Shown in pieces: positions 1 to 11,939 of a DNA stretch of 64,000 nucleotides. The notes under the pieces were generated by a model that saw only the letters and a program-made list of their open reading frames with translations, was not told the DNA's origin and did no database searches. The stretch's first letter is position 1. Every line of letters starts with the position of its first letter. The position numbers and the translations under genes were made by a program. This DNA is from Squalus acanthias (lineage: Eukaryota): positions 127,226,001 through 127,290,000 of the forward strand of contig CM059431.1 of assembly GCA_030390025.1 (NCBI GenBank), in the 5' to 3' direction.

Positions 1-624
1 GCCTCCTGCTGAGAACCCTCCTCCTCCTCCTCCTCCCTCTGCGAGCAGCTTGTCTTCTTTGCTGCCTCTGCTCCATCTCCATCATGCTGCAGCGCGAGGG
101 GGACTGCAACAAGAGTCCCCATGTCTGGGAGCAAGTGGTGTACTCAGAGGCCTTCCAGTACCAGCCAACATCTTCCCAAAGTCCAGAAGTACTCCCTGCA
201 CACTTTAACAACTTTTTAAATGTCTTCCAGCAACCCAGTACTCCTACAAACACTGCAAGAGCCAGTACAAGAGAAATAATTAACTTACCTGCAAGTTGGA
301 TGTGTCCCTTTAAATAGCACGTATGGGGGGTCCCTCATGCAGCTGAACGCATGTTCAGCTGTCCGTGTTTAGGAGAGGGCATTGATTGGAGTGGCGACAT
401 CCAATATGACAGGTCGTGTGTCAAATCTGTGTTACACGCTGACTGACGTCACGATCTGCCTACTCTGCATACTGCCGGCGTGCGCACATCCCGCCCACGC
501 TATCATCTCAACAAGACAGCGAACAGCGCGGGCTGCACCAGAGGTGGGCCAATGCGAGGCGGACCCCATTTTTTTGTCCAAACTGGCCTTAACTACCGGT
601 GCTAAGGTGCTGAATTTCGCAGCC
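1..624 (-). mobile_element. Terminus of a PIF/Harbinger-type transposon (continues beyond window start)
   Basis: Ends in gctgaatttcgcagcc, whose reverse complement ggctgcgaaattcagc matches the terminal motif of other Harbinger elements here (e.g. ggctgcaaaattcggc at 12701). It is followed by ttt-gt like other insertions. Confidence 0.6.
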
Positions 625-1465
625 TTTGTTCCAATGACTCCACAAATTTCCTGTACAATTCTGAAAGCTTCTTGTTGCTGTTAACTGTTTATTAAGTAAT
701 AAACAATGCCCTCAGCCCCACCAATCACACTCCTATACTCCCTTTGGATGGAAGGTATCTCTTCCTGTTGGCAGATAAAGACCAGAGGCAATGATCTCAA
801 TCAGATCATTTACCATTTATCCGTAAGCCAAGCCAATGACTGTAAAAGTTGGAAACTCCTGCACCCCAATATGCTGGATGCATGCAGGTGTCATCCCTCT
901 CAAAGGCTTCCTTACCCAATCTGCCTAACAAAGGAGAGACTGGGATTACTGACCCTTTGCTTGGATATGCTTCCATTTCAACTGCTACACTATCCAGACA
1001 TTTTACACTGATCTTACATTAGCACACATGATAATCTGATGTCATAGCACTCCGACACTGTGACATGAACAACACTACGTTAGACATCATTGATATTGCA
1101 ATGCCTAGCAACCAACTACTGTTAACACTTCTCATTATGGGCTGGCTTCTGGTTAATGCGGTTGAAAATTGAAACATGGGCTTCCAGCAGAGCAGATGCT
1201 ATGCTGACTGTGTGAGTGCTCAGCTTTGTGCTTCTCGAAATGAAATCTAACCCTATCTTCACTTTATACCAGCAATTAAATGTTGTTTTATATCGGAAAT
1301 CTGCCAAAGATGATTTCAGATAAACAAGTCATTCCTGAATGCCAGCACCAAGAACACTGCAAAATAAACAATCTTGCTTACAATTTCCACAGATGTTCTC
1401 CAGTAGGAAGCTGTTGATACATAGGAATATAGGAACAGGAGCAGGCCTATTTAGCCTGTCGATTC

Positions 1466-1970
1466 CACAACCAATGGATCAGATCAAAGCTCTGCAGTCC
1501 TGCCACAGCCAGTTGTGAATGGTGGTGGACAATAAAACAACTAAAGGGAGGAGGAGGCTCCATGAACATCCCCATCCTCAATGTTGGAGGAGCCCAGCAC
1601 GCGAGTGCAGAAGACAAGGCTGAAGCGTTTGCAACCATCTTCAGCCAGAAGTGCCGAGTGGATGATCCATCTCGGCCTCCTCCTGTGGTCCCCACCATCA
1701 CAGAAGCCTGCCTTCAGCAAATTCGATTCACTCCACATGATATCAAGAAATGTCTGAGCGCACTGGATACAGCAAAGGCTATGGGCTCCAACAACATCCT
1801 GGCTGTCATGCTGAAGACTTGCGCTCCAGAACTAGCCGCGCCTCTAGCCAAGCTGTTCCAGTACAGCCAAAACACTGGCATCTACCCGACAATATGGAAC
1901 ACTGCCCAGGTATGTCCTGTCCACAAAAAGCAGGACAAATCCAATCTAGCCAATTACCGCCCCATCAGTC
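1466..1970 (+). mobile_element. Internal fragment of LINE-A (region upstream of and at the start of RT)
   Basis: ORF 1562-1996 (KAEAFATIFSQKCRVDD...ANYRPIS) is colinear with 7923-8427, roughly 90% identical by eye. Confidence 0.9.
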
Positions 1971-2448
1971 AGGGAATCTGGCGCACACATGCATAATCAT
2001 CTTTTTATGGTTGTAGACGAGCTGCACTTCGAGGGAGTGGAAGCCCTTGTGGTTCACAAACACTCCCGGGTGATGCGATTAGGCGAACAGTAGTGTAGTG
2101 GTAATGTCACTGGGCTAATAATCCAGAGGTCTGGATTAATGATCCAGAGATATGAGTTCAAATCCCATCAGGGCAGCTGGGGAATTTAAATTCAGTTAAT
2201 TAAATAAATCTGGAATAATTACTAGTATCAGTAATGGTAACCATGAAACTATCAGATTGTCGTAAAAACCCATCTGGTTCACTAATGTCTGTTAGAGAAG
2301 GAAATCTGCCATCCTTACCTGGTCTGGCCTATATGTGACTGCAGACCCATAGCAATGTGGTTGACTCTTAACTGCCCTCTGAAATAGCCTAGCAAGTCAC
2401 TCAGTTGTAACAAACTGCTACAAAACAAAATAATAAGAATGAAACCGG
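1968..2448 (+). repeat. Second copy of the Harbinger-transposase/LINE-A 5' junction
   Basis: Colinear with 6366-6850, including the junction gggtgatg(c/t)gattagg(c/g)gaacagtagtgtagtg. Confidence 0.9.
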
Positions 2449-4145
2449 CTCTAAGTTTTAGGCTATGTCCCATAGTCCTAAATTCCCCAACCAGCAGAAA
2501 TAGTTTCTCTCTATCTATCCTATCAGTTCCCGGTAATATCTTGAAAACTTTGATTTAGTCACCCCTTAATCTTCTAAATTCCAGGGAATAGAACCCTAGT
2601 TTGTGTAATCTTTTCTCGTAATTTAACCCTTGGAGTTCAGGTATCATTCTAGTTAATCTACGCTGCACTCCCTCCAAGACCAATATATCCTTCCTAAGGT
2701 GTGGTTCCCAGAACTAAACATAGTACTCCAGGTGTGGTCTAACCAGGGCTTTGTACAGCTGTAGCATGACTTCTACCCCCTTGTATTCTAGTCCTCTAGA
2801 TATAAAGGCCAGCATTCCATTCGCCGTTTTGATTATTTTTTGTATCTGTCCATGAAATTTTAATGATCTATGTACATGGACCCCTAGTTCTTTTTGGACC
2901 TCCATTACTTCTAGTTTTTCATCATTGAGAAAGTACTCTGATCTATCATTTATAGGTCCAAAGTGGCTGACCTCACACTTGCCTATATTGAAATCCATTT
3001 GCCACAGTTTTGCCGATTCACTTAATCTATTAATATAGAAGCATAGAATCATCGAATAGTACAGCACAGAAGGAGGCCATTCAGACCATCGAGTCTGCGC
3101 CGGCTCTTTTGATGAGCAATCCAGTTCGTCCCACTCCCCTGCTCTTTTCCCTATCCCTGCAATTTTTTCTCCTTCAAGTATTTATCTAATTTCCTTTTGA
3201 AGGCTACTATTGAATCTGTATCCACCACCCTAGCAGGCATCGCATTCCAAATTCTAACCATTTGTTGCGTAAAAACGTTTTTCTTCATGTCGCCTCTGGT
3301 TCTTTAGCCAATCACCTTAAACCTGTGCTCTCTCATTATCGAACCTTCAGGCATTGGAAACAGTTTCTCTTTATTTACTCCATCTAAATCCTTCATAATT
3401 TTAAACATCTCTATCAAATCTCCTCTTAGCCTTCTCTGTTCCAAGGAGAACAACCCCAGTTTCTCTAGTCTATCCACGTAACTGTAATCCCTCATCCCTG
3501 GAGCTGTTCGAGTAAATCTTTTCTGTACCCTCTCCAAAGCCTTCACATCCTTTCTAAAGTGTGGTGCCCAGAATTGAACACAATAATCCAGCTGAGGCCT
3601 AACCAGTGTTTTAGAAATATCTCTGTAATTTTATGCTTCCCTCTAAACTCCTTACAAATCCGCCTATCTTTGTGTCATCGGCAAACTTGACCATGTGGCT
3701 CTCTATCCCATCATCGAAACCATTAATAAATACAGTAAATAGTTAAGGCCCCAACACAGATCCCTGTTGGACACCATTAGTCGCATCCTGCCAATTTGAG
3801 TACCCGCCCATTATCCCTACTCTCTGTCTCCTGCCACTCAGTCAATTTCCTAACCGGGTCAATCATTTGCCGTCAATTCAATGAGCTTGAACTTTAGCTA
3901 AAAGTCTCTTATGAGGGCCTTCAGGAAGTCCATGTAAATAACATCCAATGACATGCCCCTGTCTACTACTTCAGTCACCTCTTCAAAAAATTCAGTCAGG
4001 TTCATCAGGCTTGAACTTCCGTTTACAAATCCATGCTAGCTCTCTCTGATGAGCTGAACATTTTCAAGGTGTTCAGTCACTCTATCCTTAATTACAGACT
4101 AGTAATTCCAGACAACAGATGTTAGGATAACTGGTTTATAATTCA
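2449..4145 (-). mobile_element. CR1 LINE ORF2 fragment with a second CR1 3' end nested at ~3034-3617
   Basis: ORFs 2714-3067 (WQMDFNIGKC...LVRPHLEY) and 3304-3546 (LERVQKRFTR...LEQRRLRGDLIE) are typical CR1 C-termini. The inner copy has a short-repeat tail at ~3034-3060. Confidence 0.9.
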
Positions 4146-4300
4146 TCCTAATGCAATCAAACCAACTAACAACACACAAGGAGGCCACTTGGCATTGGCA
4201 CTCCACTCTATCATACTCTCCCTCTAAAGATGTAACCCATCCATTCCTTCCACTCATTCCAACACTCTCACTCAACTTTCTCTTCTTTTCCTCCTTTCAG

Positions 4301-5598
4301 GAGAAGAGAGCATACAATAAGAGGGAGAGGGAGAGAATTGGAGGTGGGCATCCATCATTTGTCACCCTCACAACAGCAGAGGAGACTGCGTTGGAAGTAT
4401 GGGGAGTGGCCAAGCAGCTGAAGGTGGGAGACGGAGAGAGGAGGACATCTCAGCAACCTGGTGACAGAATTACATAGCATACAGCTACATGGCATACAGC
4501 AGTCACTCATATGGGGACTGATGTCATCAGCTACTGAATGGTCATCTTGTGCATGATAGTATCTGTACCCATTCTTCATATGGCATATCTAGTTCATCTC
4601 TTTACTTTCCCACAGGTCCATCAAGAGACTCCCCCTCCCCCCCCCCAACTGTCCAGGAGGAAGAGCAAGACGACTCCTCAGAGCAGCCTCCAACCTCTGA
4701 GGGTGCATCGTCACCTGACATGAGCGCACCCAGCACCAATGCAGAGACGCACACGTCGGTGGGTCCCATGTGGGATAGATTAGTGTAGTCACCTGGTGTG
4801 TCACAAGTCACAAGTGAGCAAGAGCAGATGGTGGAGACAGGGACAGAAGTGGAGATTCCTCGCTGGAAGGCACAGGGCGCTCCTAGCTCTGCTCAGCTGC
4901 ATGCAGACGCTGAGCCTCGGGGGCCATCCAGAAAGAGGGCGATCCTGGAGGTGCAGCAAGAAATGCAGGAGGCTTTGACAGGTTTTACAAAAACGATGTC
5001 TGCAGATGTTCAGAGAATGGAGGAGTCCATCTCCAACATGAGCACCACTGTGTCGCAGGCGATGGTGACTGTAGGCTCTTCCATGGATAGGATGGCCACC
5101 TGCATGGAGCAGCTAATGCGCCACTCACAGGAGCACATGGTCTCTATGGAGAATAGATGGCAGAGGCTCATAGACCTCTTCTCTAGGAGGGATGTCAGCA
5201 TAGATGTGGGTCCTCATGGCCCCACTGATGTGCAGCAAGGCGCTCCCCAGCTCCTTGCTAGCAGGGAAGTGCGGGTGGCCCATGAGAGGGATGACAGTGA
5301 GAGGGGAGATGGAAGTGTAGGTTCCTTTCAAACCACTTGCACTTCTCCCCCGTTGCCACCCCCTCAGTCAAATCCCCAGATGGGTCCTTCGATCACAATG
5401 GCCGAGTCTGCCCCTGCACAGTCACAGAAGGAGCAGACTTTGGCGGGGCCATCAGAGGCTCCAAAACCCAGAGAACGTCCTCCAAGTGTGTCTAAGCAGT
5501 CGCAGCAGGGAAGTGAGCAAGCTGCCTCTACCTCTGCTGAAGCCACAGGGGTAGTACCTCATGGATGCACGCGGAAGAGAAAGATGACACACAAGTAG
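4301..5598 (+). pseudogene. Harbinger Myb/SANT-like accessory gene, exon 2 (4301-4460) and exon 3 (4616-5598); exon 1 lost
   Basis: Splice sites tttcag|GAG, CTG|gtgaca and cccacag|GTC are shared with the copy at 19930-21581. ORF 4798-5598 has a coiled-coil-like stretch and a basic C-terminus (RKRK). Exon 3 carries an internal stop. Confidence 0.75.
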
Positions 5599-6493
5599 AT
5601 TCACAAGTGTAGCCACTTGGGTACTTTAGTCAATGTTAATGGCAACCATTAAAATCTTTATTTTCACCACTTTCACCGTCTTGGACATTTGTGTGCACCT
5701 TTGGAAGTGGCTTAGTGAGTTGCAGTGAATGGTGAGACACAACGGTACCTCCAGCAATGGTGGTCAGTGTGAAATGAATGGCTTGGTCATTGTAGGGATT
5801 CTTTATGGTGTTGCTTTGTGGTGATGCCAACCTGGCGCAGCATGTGGCAGCCATAAAGGAGTTAAGTAAATCTGGACATGATGAGGCCATCCCTGGCCTC
5901 CCGGGCAGCAATGTGCTTGGGTGCTGGTGGGATCTGGCCTGCAGCTTCCTGCTACTGCTCCTCCTCCTCCTTTTGCTCCTCCTCCTGTGAAGAGGCTGTG
6001 TGCTCAGTGCCTTGCTCCTCATGCAGTGCTAATCCTCGCTGCAGTGCTATGTTGTGCAGGGTGCAGCAGACCACGACGATTCTGCAGACCCTGGCTGGTG
6101 GGTACTGAAGGGCTCCTCCAGATCTATCAAGGCATCTGAAGTGCATTTTCAGCATGCCGATTGTCTGCTCTATGACACATCTGGTGGACATATGGCTTTC
6201 ATTATGTCTCTCCTCGGCCTCAGTACTTGGCCTCCTCAAGGGTGTCATGAGCCACGTTTTCAGTGGATAGTTCTTGTCTCTAAGCAGCCAGCTGGTAAGT
6301 CTGTTTGTCGGTGCGAAGAGCTGAAGGAGGGTGGACTGGCACAGCACGAAAGAGTCATGACAGCTGTCAGGGAATCTGGCGCACACATGCATAATCATCT
6401 TTTTATGGTTGTAGACGAGCTGCACTTTGAGGGAGTGGAAGCCCTTGCGGTTCACAAACACTCCTGGGTGATGTGATTAGGGGAACAGTAGTG

Positions 6494-6567
6494 TAGTGTA
6501 GTGGTAATGTCACTGGGCTAATAATCCACAGGCCTGGACTAATGATCCCGAGACGTGAGTTCAAATC
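6494..6567 (+). promoter_or_regulatory. RNA Pol III type-2 internal promoter (A box and B box) at the LINE-A 5' end
   Basis: A box TAGTGTAGTGG at 6494-6504 fits TRGYNNARNNG. B box GTTCAAATC at 6559-6567 fits GTTCRANNC. Both are also present in the copy at ~2090-2165. Confidence 0.8.
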
Positions 6568-9046
6568 CCATCATGGCAGCTGGGGAATTTAAATTCAGTT
6601 ATTTAAATAAATCTGGAATAATTACTAGTATCAGTAATGGTAACCATGAAACTATCGGATTGTCGTAAAAACACATCTGGTTCACTAATGTCCGTTAGAG
6701 AAGGAAATCTGCCGTCCTTACCTGGTCTGGCCTATATGTGACTCCAGACCCACAGCAATGTGGTTGACTCTTAACTGCCCTCTGAAATGGCCTAGCAAGT
6801 CACTCAGTTGTAACAAACTGCTACAAAACAAAATAATAAGAATGAAACCGGAAGGATCACCCGGCATCGACGTCAGCACCGACTACGGGCACGGCAACGG
6901 CACACCCAGCCCAGTCAACACTGCAAAGTCCTCCTCACCAACATCTGGGGACTTGTGCCAAAACTGGCAGAGCTGTCCCACAGACTAGTCAAGCAACAAC
7001 CTGACATAGTCATACTCACAGAATCATACCTTTCAGCCAATGTCCTGAACTCCTCCATCATCATCCTTGGGTATGTCCTGTCCCAACGGCAGGACAGACC
7101 CACCAGGGGTGGTGGCACAGTGGTATACAGTCGGCAAGGAGTGGCCCTGGGTGTCCTCAACATTGACTCCGGACCCCATGAAGTCTCATGGCTTCTGGCC
7201 AAGCATGGGCAAGGAAACCTCCTGCTGATTACCACCTACCGCCCTCCCACAGCTGATGAATCCATGTTGAACACCACTTGAAAGAAGCACTGAAAGTAGC
7301 AAGGGCAGAGAATGTACTCTGGGTGGGGGACTTCAATGTCCATCACCAAGAGTGGCTCGGTAGCACCACTACTGACCGAGCTTGCCGAGTCCTGAAGGAC
7401 ATAGCTGCCAGTCTGGGCCTGCGACAGGTGGTGAGTAAACCAACAAGAGGGAAAAACCTACTTGACCTCGTCCTCACCAATCTACCTGTCGCAGATGCAT
7501 CTGTCCATGACAGCATTGGCAGCAGTGACCACCACACAGTCATTGTGGAGACGAACTCCCGTCATCACACTGAGAACACCTTCCATCGTGTTGTGTGGCA
7601 CTACCACCGTGCTAAATGGGATAGATTCAGAACAGATCTAGCAGCTCAAAACTGGGCATCCATGAGGCGCTGTGGGCCATCAACAGCAGCAGAATTGTAT
7701 TCAACCACAATCTGTAACCTCATGGCCCGGCATGTCCCTCACTCTGCCATTACCACCAAGCCAGGGGACCAACCCTGGTTCAATAACGAGTGTAGAAGAG
7801 CATGCCAGGAGCAGCACCAGGCGTACCTAAAAATGAGGTGCCAACCTGGGGAAGCTGCAACACAGGACTACATGCATGCTAAAAAGCGGAAGCAGCATGC
7901 TATAGACAGAACTAAGCGATACCACAATCAACGGATCAGATCAAAGCTCTGCCGTCCTGCCACATCCAGTCGAGAATGGTGGTTGACCATTAAACAACTG
8001 ACGGGAGGAGGAGGCTCCATGAATATCCACATCCTCAATGATGGTGGAGCCCAGCACGTGAGTGCAAAAGACAAGGCTGAAGCGTTTGCAACTAACTTCA
8101 GCCAGAAGTGCCGAGTGGATGATCCATATCGGCCTCCTCCCAAGGACCCCACCATCACAGAAGCCAGTCTTCAGCCAATTCGATTCACTCCACGTGATAT
8201 CAAGAAATGGCTGAGCGCACTGGATACAGCAAAGGCTATGGGCACCGACAACATCCCGGCTATCGTGCTGAAGACATGTGCTCCAGAACTAGCCGCGCCT
8301 CTAGCCAAGCTGTTCCAGTACAGCTACAACACTGGCATCTATCCGACAATGTGGAAAACTGCCCAGGTATGTCCTGTCCACAAAAAGCAGGACAAATCCA
8401 ACCCGGCCAATTACCGCCCCATCAGTCTACTCTCAATCATCAACAAAGTGAAGGAAGGTGTCATCGACAGTGTTATCAAGCAGCACTTACTCACCAATAA
8501 CCTGCTCACTGATGCCCAGTTTGGGTTCCGACAAGACCACTCGGCTCCCGACCTCATTACAGCCTTGGTCCAAACATGGACAAAGGAACTGAATTCCAGA
8601 GGTGAGGTGAGAGTGACTGCCCTTGACATCAAGGCAGCATTTGACCGAGTCTGGCATCAAGGAGTCCTAGTAAAACTGAAGTCAATGGGAATCAGGGGGA
8701 AAACAGTCCACTGGCTGGAGTCATACCTAGCACAAAGGAAGATGGTTGTGGTGGTTGAAGGTCAATCATCACAGCCCCAGGACAGCACTGCAGGAGTTCC
8801 TCAGGGCAGTGTCCTAGGCCCAACCATCTTCAGCTGCTTCATCAATGACCTTCCCTCCAACATAAGGTCAGAAATGGGAATGTTCGCTGATGACTGCACA
8901 GTGTTCAGCGCCATTCGCAACTCCACAGATAATGAAGCAGTCCATGCCCACATGCAGCAAGACCTGGACGACGTTCAGGCTTGGGCTGATAAGTGGCAGG
9001 TAACATTCGCGCCACAGAAGTGCTAGGCAATGACTATCTCCAACAA

Positions 9047-9437
9047 TGATGCGGAGATGCCGGTGTTGGACTGGGGTGGACAAAAGTGAGAAGTCGCACA
9101 ACAACAGGTTATAGTCCAACAGATTTATTTGAAATCACAAGCTTTCGGAGCGCTGCTCCTTCATCAGGGAAAGTGAAGAAATACATATGGGCACAGCATA
9201 AATAGTCAGAGAACAATGCTAGACGACTACAGTTAATCTTTCTAACTGACCTTTATCACAGTGTGATAAAGGGCAGTTAGAAAGATTAACTGTAGTCGTC
9301 TGGCATTGTTCTCTGACTATTTATGCTGCGCCCATATGTATTTCTTCACTTCACCTGACGAAGGAGCAGCGCTCCGAAAGCTTGTGATTTCAAATAAAGC
9401 TGTTGGACTATAACCTGGTGTTGTGCGACTTCTCACT
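9047..9437. mobile_element. Non-autonomous Penelope-like fold-back insertion with 12-bp TSD
   Basis: TSD tatctccaacaa at 9035-9046 and 9438-9449. Inverted arms of 177 bp (9084-9260 / 9262-9438), each with a hammerhead core. Confidence 0.85.
9351..9387 (+). ncRNA. Minimal type I hammerhead ribozyme (Penelope-type)
   Basis: tcac-CTGACGA-a-ggagc(agc)gctcc-GAAA-gc-TT-gtga. Stem I tcac/gtga, stem II 5 bp, palindromic stem III AAGCTT. Mirror copy on the minus strand at ~9135-9171. Confidence 0.8.
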
Positions 9438-11939
9438 TATCTCCAACAAGCGAGAGTCTAACCACCTCCCCTTGACATTCAATGGCATTACCATCGCCGA
9501 ATCCCCCACTATCAACATCCTGGGGGTCACCATTAACCAGAAACTTAACTGGACCAGCCACATAAATACTGTGGCAACAAGAGCATGTCAGAGGCTAGGT
9601 ATTCTGTGGCGAGTGTCTCACCTCCTGACTCCCCAAAGCCTTTCCACCATCTACAAGGCACAAGTAAGGAGTGTAATGGAATACTCTCCACTTGCCTGGA
9701 TGAGTGCAGCTCCAGCAACACTCAAGAAGCTCGACACCATCCAGGACAAAGCAGCCCGCTTGATTGGCACCCCATCCACCACCTTAAACATTCACTCCCT
9801 CCACCACCGGTGTACCGTGGCTGCAGTGTGTACCATCGCCAAGATGCACTGCAGCAACTCACCAAGGCTTCTTCGGCAGCACCTCCCAAACCCGCGACCT
9901 CTTCCACCTAGAAGGACAAGGGCAGCAGGAGCATGGGAACACCACCAGCTCCAAGTTCCCCTCCAAGTCACACACCATCCTGACTTAGAAGTATGTCGCC
10001 GATCCTTCATCGTCGCTGGGTCAAAATCCTGGAACTCCCTCCCTAACAGCACTGTGGGAGTACCATCACCACTCGGACTGCAGCGGTTCAAGAAGGCGGC
10101 TCACCACCACCTTCTCAAGGGCAACTAGGGGTGGGCAATAAATGCTGGCCTTGCCAGTGACGCCCAGATCCCATAAACGAATAAAAAAATTTAAAAAATA
10201 TGGGGTTGCCTTGATTGCCACATGTGCGCAATCGATGACACCCTGCACCTGTGGGAAGCCAGCCAGAGCTGCAAAGCCGAGCGCCCGCTCAGTAACACTG
10301 GCGTCATCAGTGGCAAAGTTGATATAATTAGCTGACTTGTGAAACATGGCCTCGATCACCTGGGTGATGCATGTGTGGGCGGCCGACTGCAAGATGCCGC
10401 TAATGTCCACTGCAGATCACTGGGAGGAGCCTGAGGCAAAGAAGTTGAGTGCGTTGGTGACTTTGACAGCCACTGGTCAGGCATATCCACCTGCTCCTCT
10501 GGGCTGCAGGTCTTGCTCGAGCAATGTGCAAATGTCTGCGATGGCCTGGCGCGATAGCCTGAGCCTCCTTTTGCACTGCTGCTCAGTCATGTTGAGGAAG
10601 CTCATCCTCTGCCTGTATACCCTGTGTTGGGGGTATCACCTCCGGCGCGGTGCAGCCCTGCGCTGATGCCCTCTGTCCTGTGCAGCATCAGGTGTTTGAG
10701 GAGAAGGTGGTGGTGTTGTTATTGGTGCTGCTGGTGTGCCTGCTGCTGCTGGTGTTGGGGCTCATCGTGGTCCCATTGTGAGGACCAAGGTGACACAGTA
10801 TAAATGGCACCCATGCTGATGGAATAGATGGCAGGTCAAGTAGAGATCAGAGGAGCAAGCTGTCAATGGTGTGATAGGTTGTAACAATGAGGTGAGACTA
10901 GATGGCAACTTTGCTGGATACACTTGCAGCCTGTAGAAAGCTCAATGTGTGCTGGGAATGCAGCCAGCAACAGCTTCTGCCTGATGAAAATGACCAGCTG
11001 TGAGGTGGGAGGTTTTATAATACATTTCATGCTGTCACCTAATCAGCTGGAGCAATGGCCACTCAACTCCCGTCTCAGGCTGACAGTCGAGGTTCCCGAG
11101 CTGCGTGAATCCCGTGGGCAGCCAGGGAAATTCGAGAGGTAGGCTGAAAACGGCTCTTAGGGGTCTGACAACTACCTGTTAATGATTTGAATTAGGTCGC
11201 CTGCCTCTGCCAATCGGGTCGCTGCCTCACCGGCAAACGTGCCCAAGGGAAAGGCGTGTGGGGGCAGGATGATGGCGGGTTACCGACCCGCTGCAACTTT
11301 TTTCAAATTTCTCTTCTGACCCGCCTCCAATCGCACCCGCGCGGACCCCAGAAAATTCTGGCCATTGTGTGTGCTGTCAACAAATCTGCACAATCATATT
11401 ATGATCCTTACACATAAGCTGGACATTGACAGAGTACAATTCCATCCTATTCATATCGGTGGCACTCTTCTGCAGAACAGCACAAAGGCCAACACGTGTG
11501 CACGCCATCGACCAATCCTTGGATCCTTACCCACGGGTAAAAAGCCAAGTATCTGCCATGTTCTATAACATCTCCTGGGTTCTATAAAGAAGGTAATGTA
11601 TTAGCTAGCTCTGGCAAACAATGCAGTTTTTAATATTCTGAAAGGTTTGTGTCAAAAAATAATTATTTTTGTCTCAGATTTAGTATGTTATTGGGTTCTT
11701 TGATTCTTTTATGCTACATAACTGGTTAAAAGCAGCTTCACTGAAATATAACTCACTGTGATAGTTTTTAAATATGTGTTTGATTGCCACCTTTTTTGAA
11801 TTAAAGAGACAGTTATTTAAATCTGTTTGATTCTGTCTTGTTCTCTCTTGTTCTGTCTGAAGACTTTGAAGGGAGATAGACTGGATCACTTCTGTAGATG
11901 GTGAGAAAAAGAAAGGGGATCGGGAGAACCCCTGCAGAA

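Larger units (their letters stand above)
6814..10128 (+). pseudogene. LINE-A endonuclease-reverse transcriptase ORF (disrupted)
   Basis: Made of ORF pieces 6955-7281, 7278-9026 and 9403-10128. Disruptions: frameshift near 7265, TAG at 9024-9026, insertion at 9047-9437. Confidence 0.9.
6476..10197 (+). mobile_element. LINE-A: near-full-length CR1-group non-LTR retrotransposon with tRNA-like head and single EN-RT ORF
   Basis: APE motifs (TNIWGL, ILTES, GDFN, LDLVL, SDH) and RT motifs (QFGFR, ALDIKAAFDRVWH, GVPQGSVLGP, FADD). 3' stem-loop and A-rich tail at 10128-10197. Possible TSD atgtg (6471-6475)/atatg (10198-10202). Confidence 0.93.
5850..10814 (-). pseudogene. Harbinger DDE transposase (HARBI1-like), split by LINE-A
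   Basis: GFPQVQGVIDCAHVAIKATP (ORF 10066-10410) continues across the LINE into [10 protein letters not shown]...SCHDS...[19 protein letters not shown]...CCTLHNI (ORF 5952-6461). These are the conserved motifs of the PIF/Harbinger DDE family. Confidence 0.92.
4146..11363 (-). mobile_element. PIF/Harbinger transposon, truncated on the Myb side, interrupted by LINE-A
   Basis: Transposase (minus) and Myb-like gene (plus) are convergent. Terminal aaaattctggcc ends at 11363, followed by att-gt. Homologous to 18991-21875 in inverse orientation. Confidence 0.9.

Noticed and set aside
4798..5598. 266-aa ORF as a host gene
   Set aside because: It is exon 3 of the Harbinger accessory gene, with a decayed paralogue at 19930-20700.
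5952..6461. Domesticated HARBI1 gene
   Set aside because: Interrupted by a LINE, contains stops, is flanked by a TIR and has several relatives in the window, so it is a transposon copy.
6482..6580. Functional tRNA gene
   Set aside because: A and B boxes are present, but there is no clean acceptor or anticodon arm and no terminator. It continues into LINE sequence.
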